Part shown: positions 59,901-60,820 of the stretch, one piece after another
Position numbering within the stretch: the first letter of the stretch is position 1
Layout: each line of letters opens with the position of its first letter
Assembly: GCA_032718475.1 (NCBI GenBank)
Contig: JAUCBJ010000506.1
Coordinates: 1-60,820, forward strand
Reading direction: 5' to 3'
Source: Nemertoderma westbladi
Lineage: Eukaryota; Animalia; Xenacoelomorpha
Length of the DNA: 60,820 bases
The notes under the pieces: generated by a model
What the model saw: only the letters and a program-made list of their open reading frames with translations
Told to the model about the DNA's origin: nothing
The model's database searches: none
Position numbers and translations under genes: made by a program

Positions 59901-60820
59901 CACCCAGACAGTCTGGCGCCAATGACACCCATAAGGTGACATTGGGTGTCAGCCAGACAGTCTGGCGCCAGTCAGTGGGGTCTAACTGTCACCGAGCCGG
60001 CCAAGACTCTACTAGATAGTTTGTCCATGTTGCTGTTCAGAATTAAAGTCCAGTATATCAAAAAAGCTGATTGTACATCTCCATAAGAACATTACCTAGT
60101 ACATTACCCACATTGTAGACGTACTGCCCATGGTTATCGCCAACAAGACAGAGCCGACAATCAGCTAACTGATATTGTGCATGTGTGTTTTGTGAAGTTC
60201 AATATTTTATATTATTTTATATAATTAGTTGGCACATTATACTTTCTATTTAAAGTGTACATACATATAATATATCATTTGTATTTTTAAATTGTTACTT
60301 TTTCGCTCAAATATACCCAAAACCCTTTTTTCCCAATCAGGACAATTACTTTGCTGAAGATTAAGAAGTTCCGTGATGTTCCCATGACGATACCTGTTCC
60401 CTCTTCCCTTTTTCTTTAGATGGCAACTGTGAGCCGGAAATTTTCAAGACAAGGGGTAGCACATCAACAGTAACCTTGCCTTTTTCTGCTACTGACTCAT
60501 TGAAAAGGACCTTGGCCCTTTCCTCTTTGCCAGCAGTATATTTAGTGAGATAGCTGACCATGAGACGCCTATCACATACTTGTACGTTAGTACAAGAACA
60601 TGTAAAAGTAAATAGGCATGGGATGGTGGGGACAAAAAAAAACTCATCACTACAGACCGGGTAGTGATATTTCCAGCCCAGAAATCTTGGTTTAATAAAC
60701 ATTCCCCTTCACCATCCGTTGTTGTCAGTCCAAGTGACTTCATGATATCCATGGTTTTGTTTGAAAAAATGTTTTTGTGTTCAATTAACACTGCTTCAGA
60801 ACGTTCTAGGTACTGAGTAT
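59901..60820. repeat. Direct repeat, copy 2, running off the window edge
   Basis: Matches 54427-55376. Confidence 0.95.

Overview
Eukaryotic, AT-rich, transposon-dense window, probably from an invertebrate metazoan; no host protein-coding gene is recognisable. It contains: (1) a head-to-tail array of near-identical Penelope-like retroelements (RT + GIY-YIG; 1-7462) whose UTR carries a hammerhead-shaped fold with a non-consensus core; (2) a complete, unusually long (15,969 bp) BEL/Pao LTR retrotransposon (19690-35658, 1.26-kb LTRs, CTGCC TSD) with no tRNA-type PBS but a 12-nt complement to its own LTR (possible Tf1-style self-priming), one in-frame TGA in gag, and an extra, possibly spliced, zinc-knuckle ORF in the env position; (3) an inverted pair of ~340-bp elements (41721-42447) in which a complete minimal type I hammerhead ribozyme sits between tRNA-like A and B boxes; (4) decayed RTE, CR1-group, CRE-like, second BEL, piggyBac and retropepsin fragments plus MITE/foldback elements; (5) a ~5.45-kb tandem unit at the right end with same-strand orphan ORFs, a TATA/Inr promoter and a hairpin cluster. 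All calls are by eye from motifs; no database searches were run.
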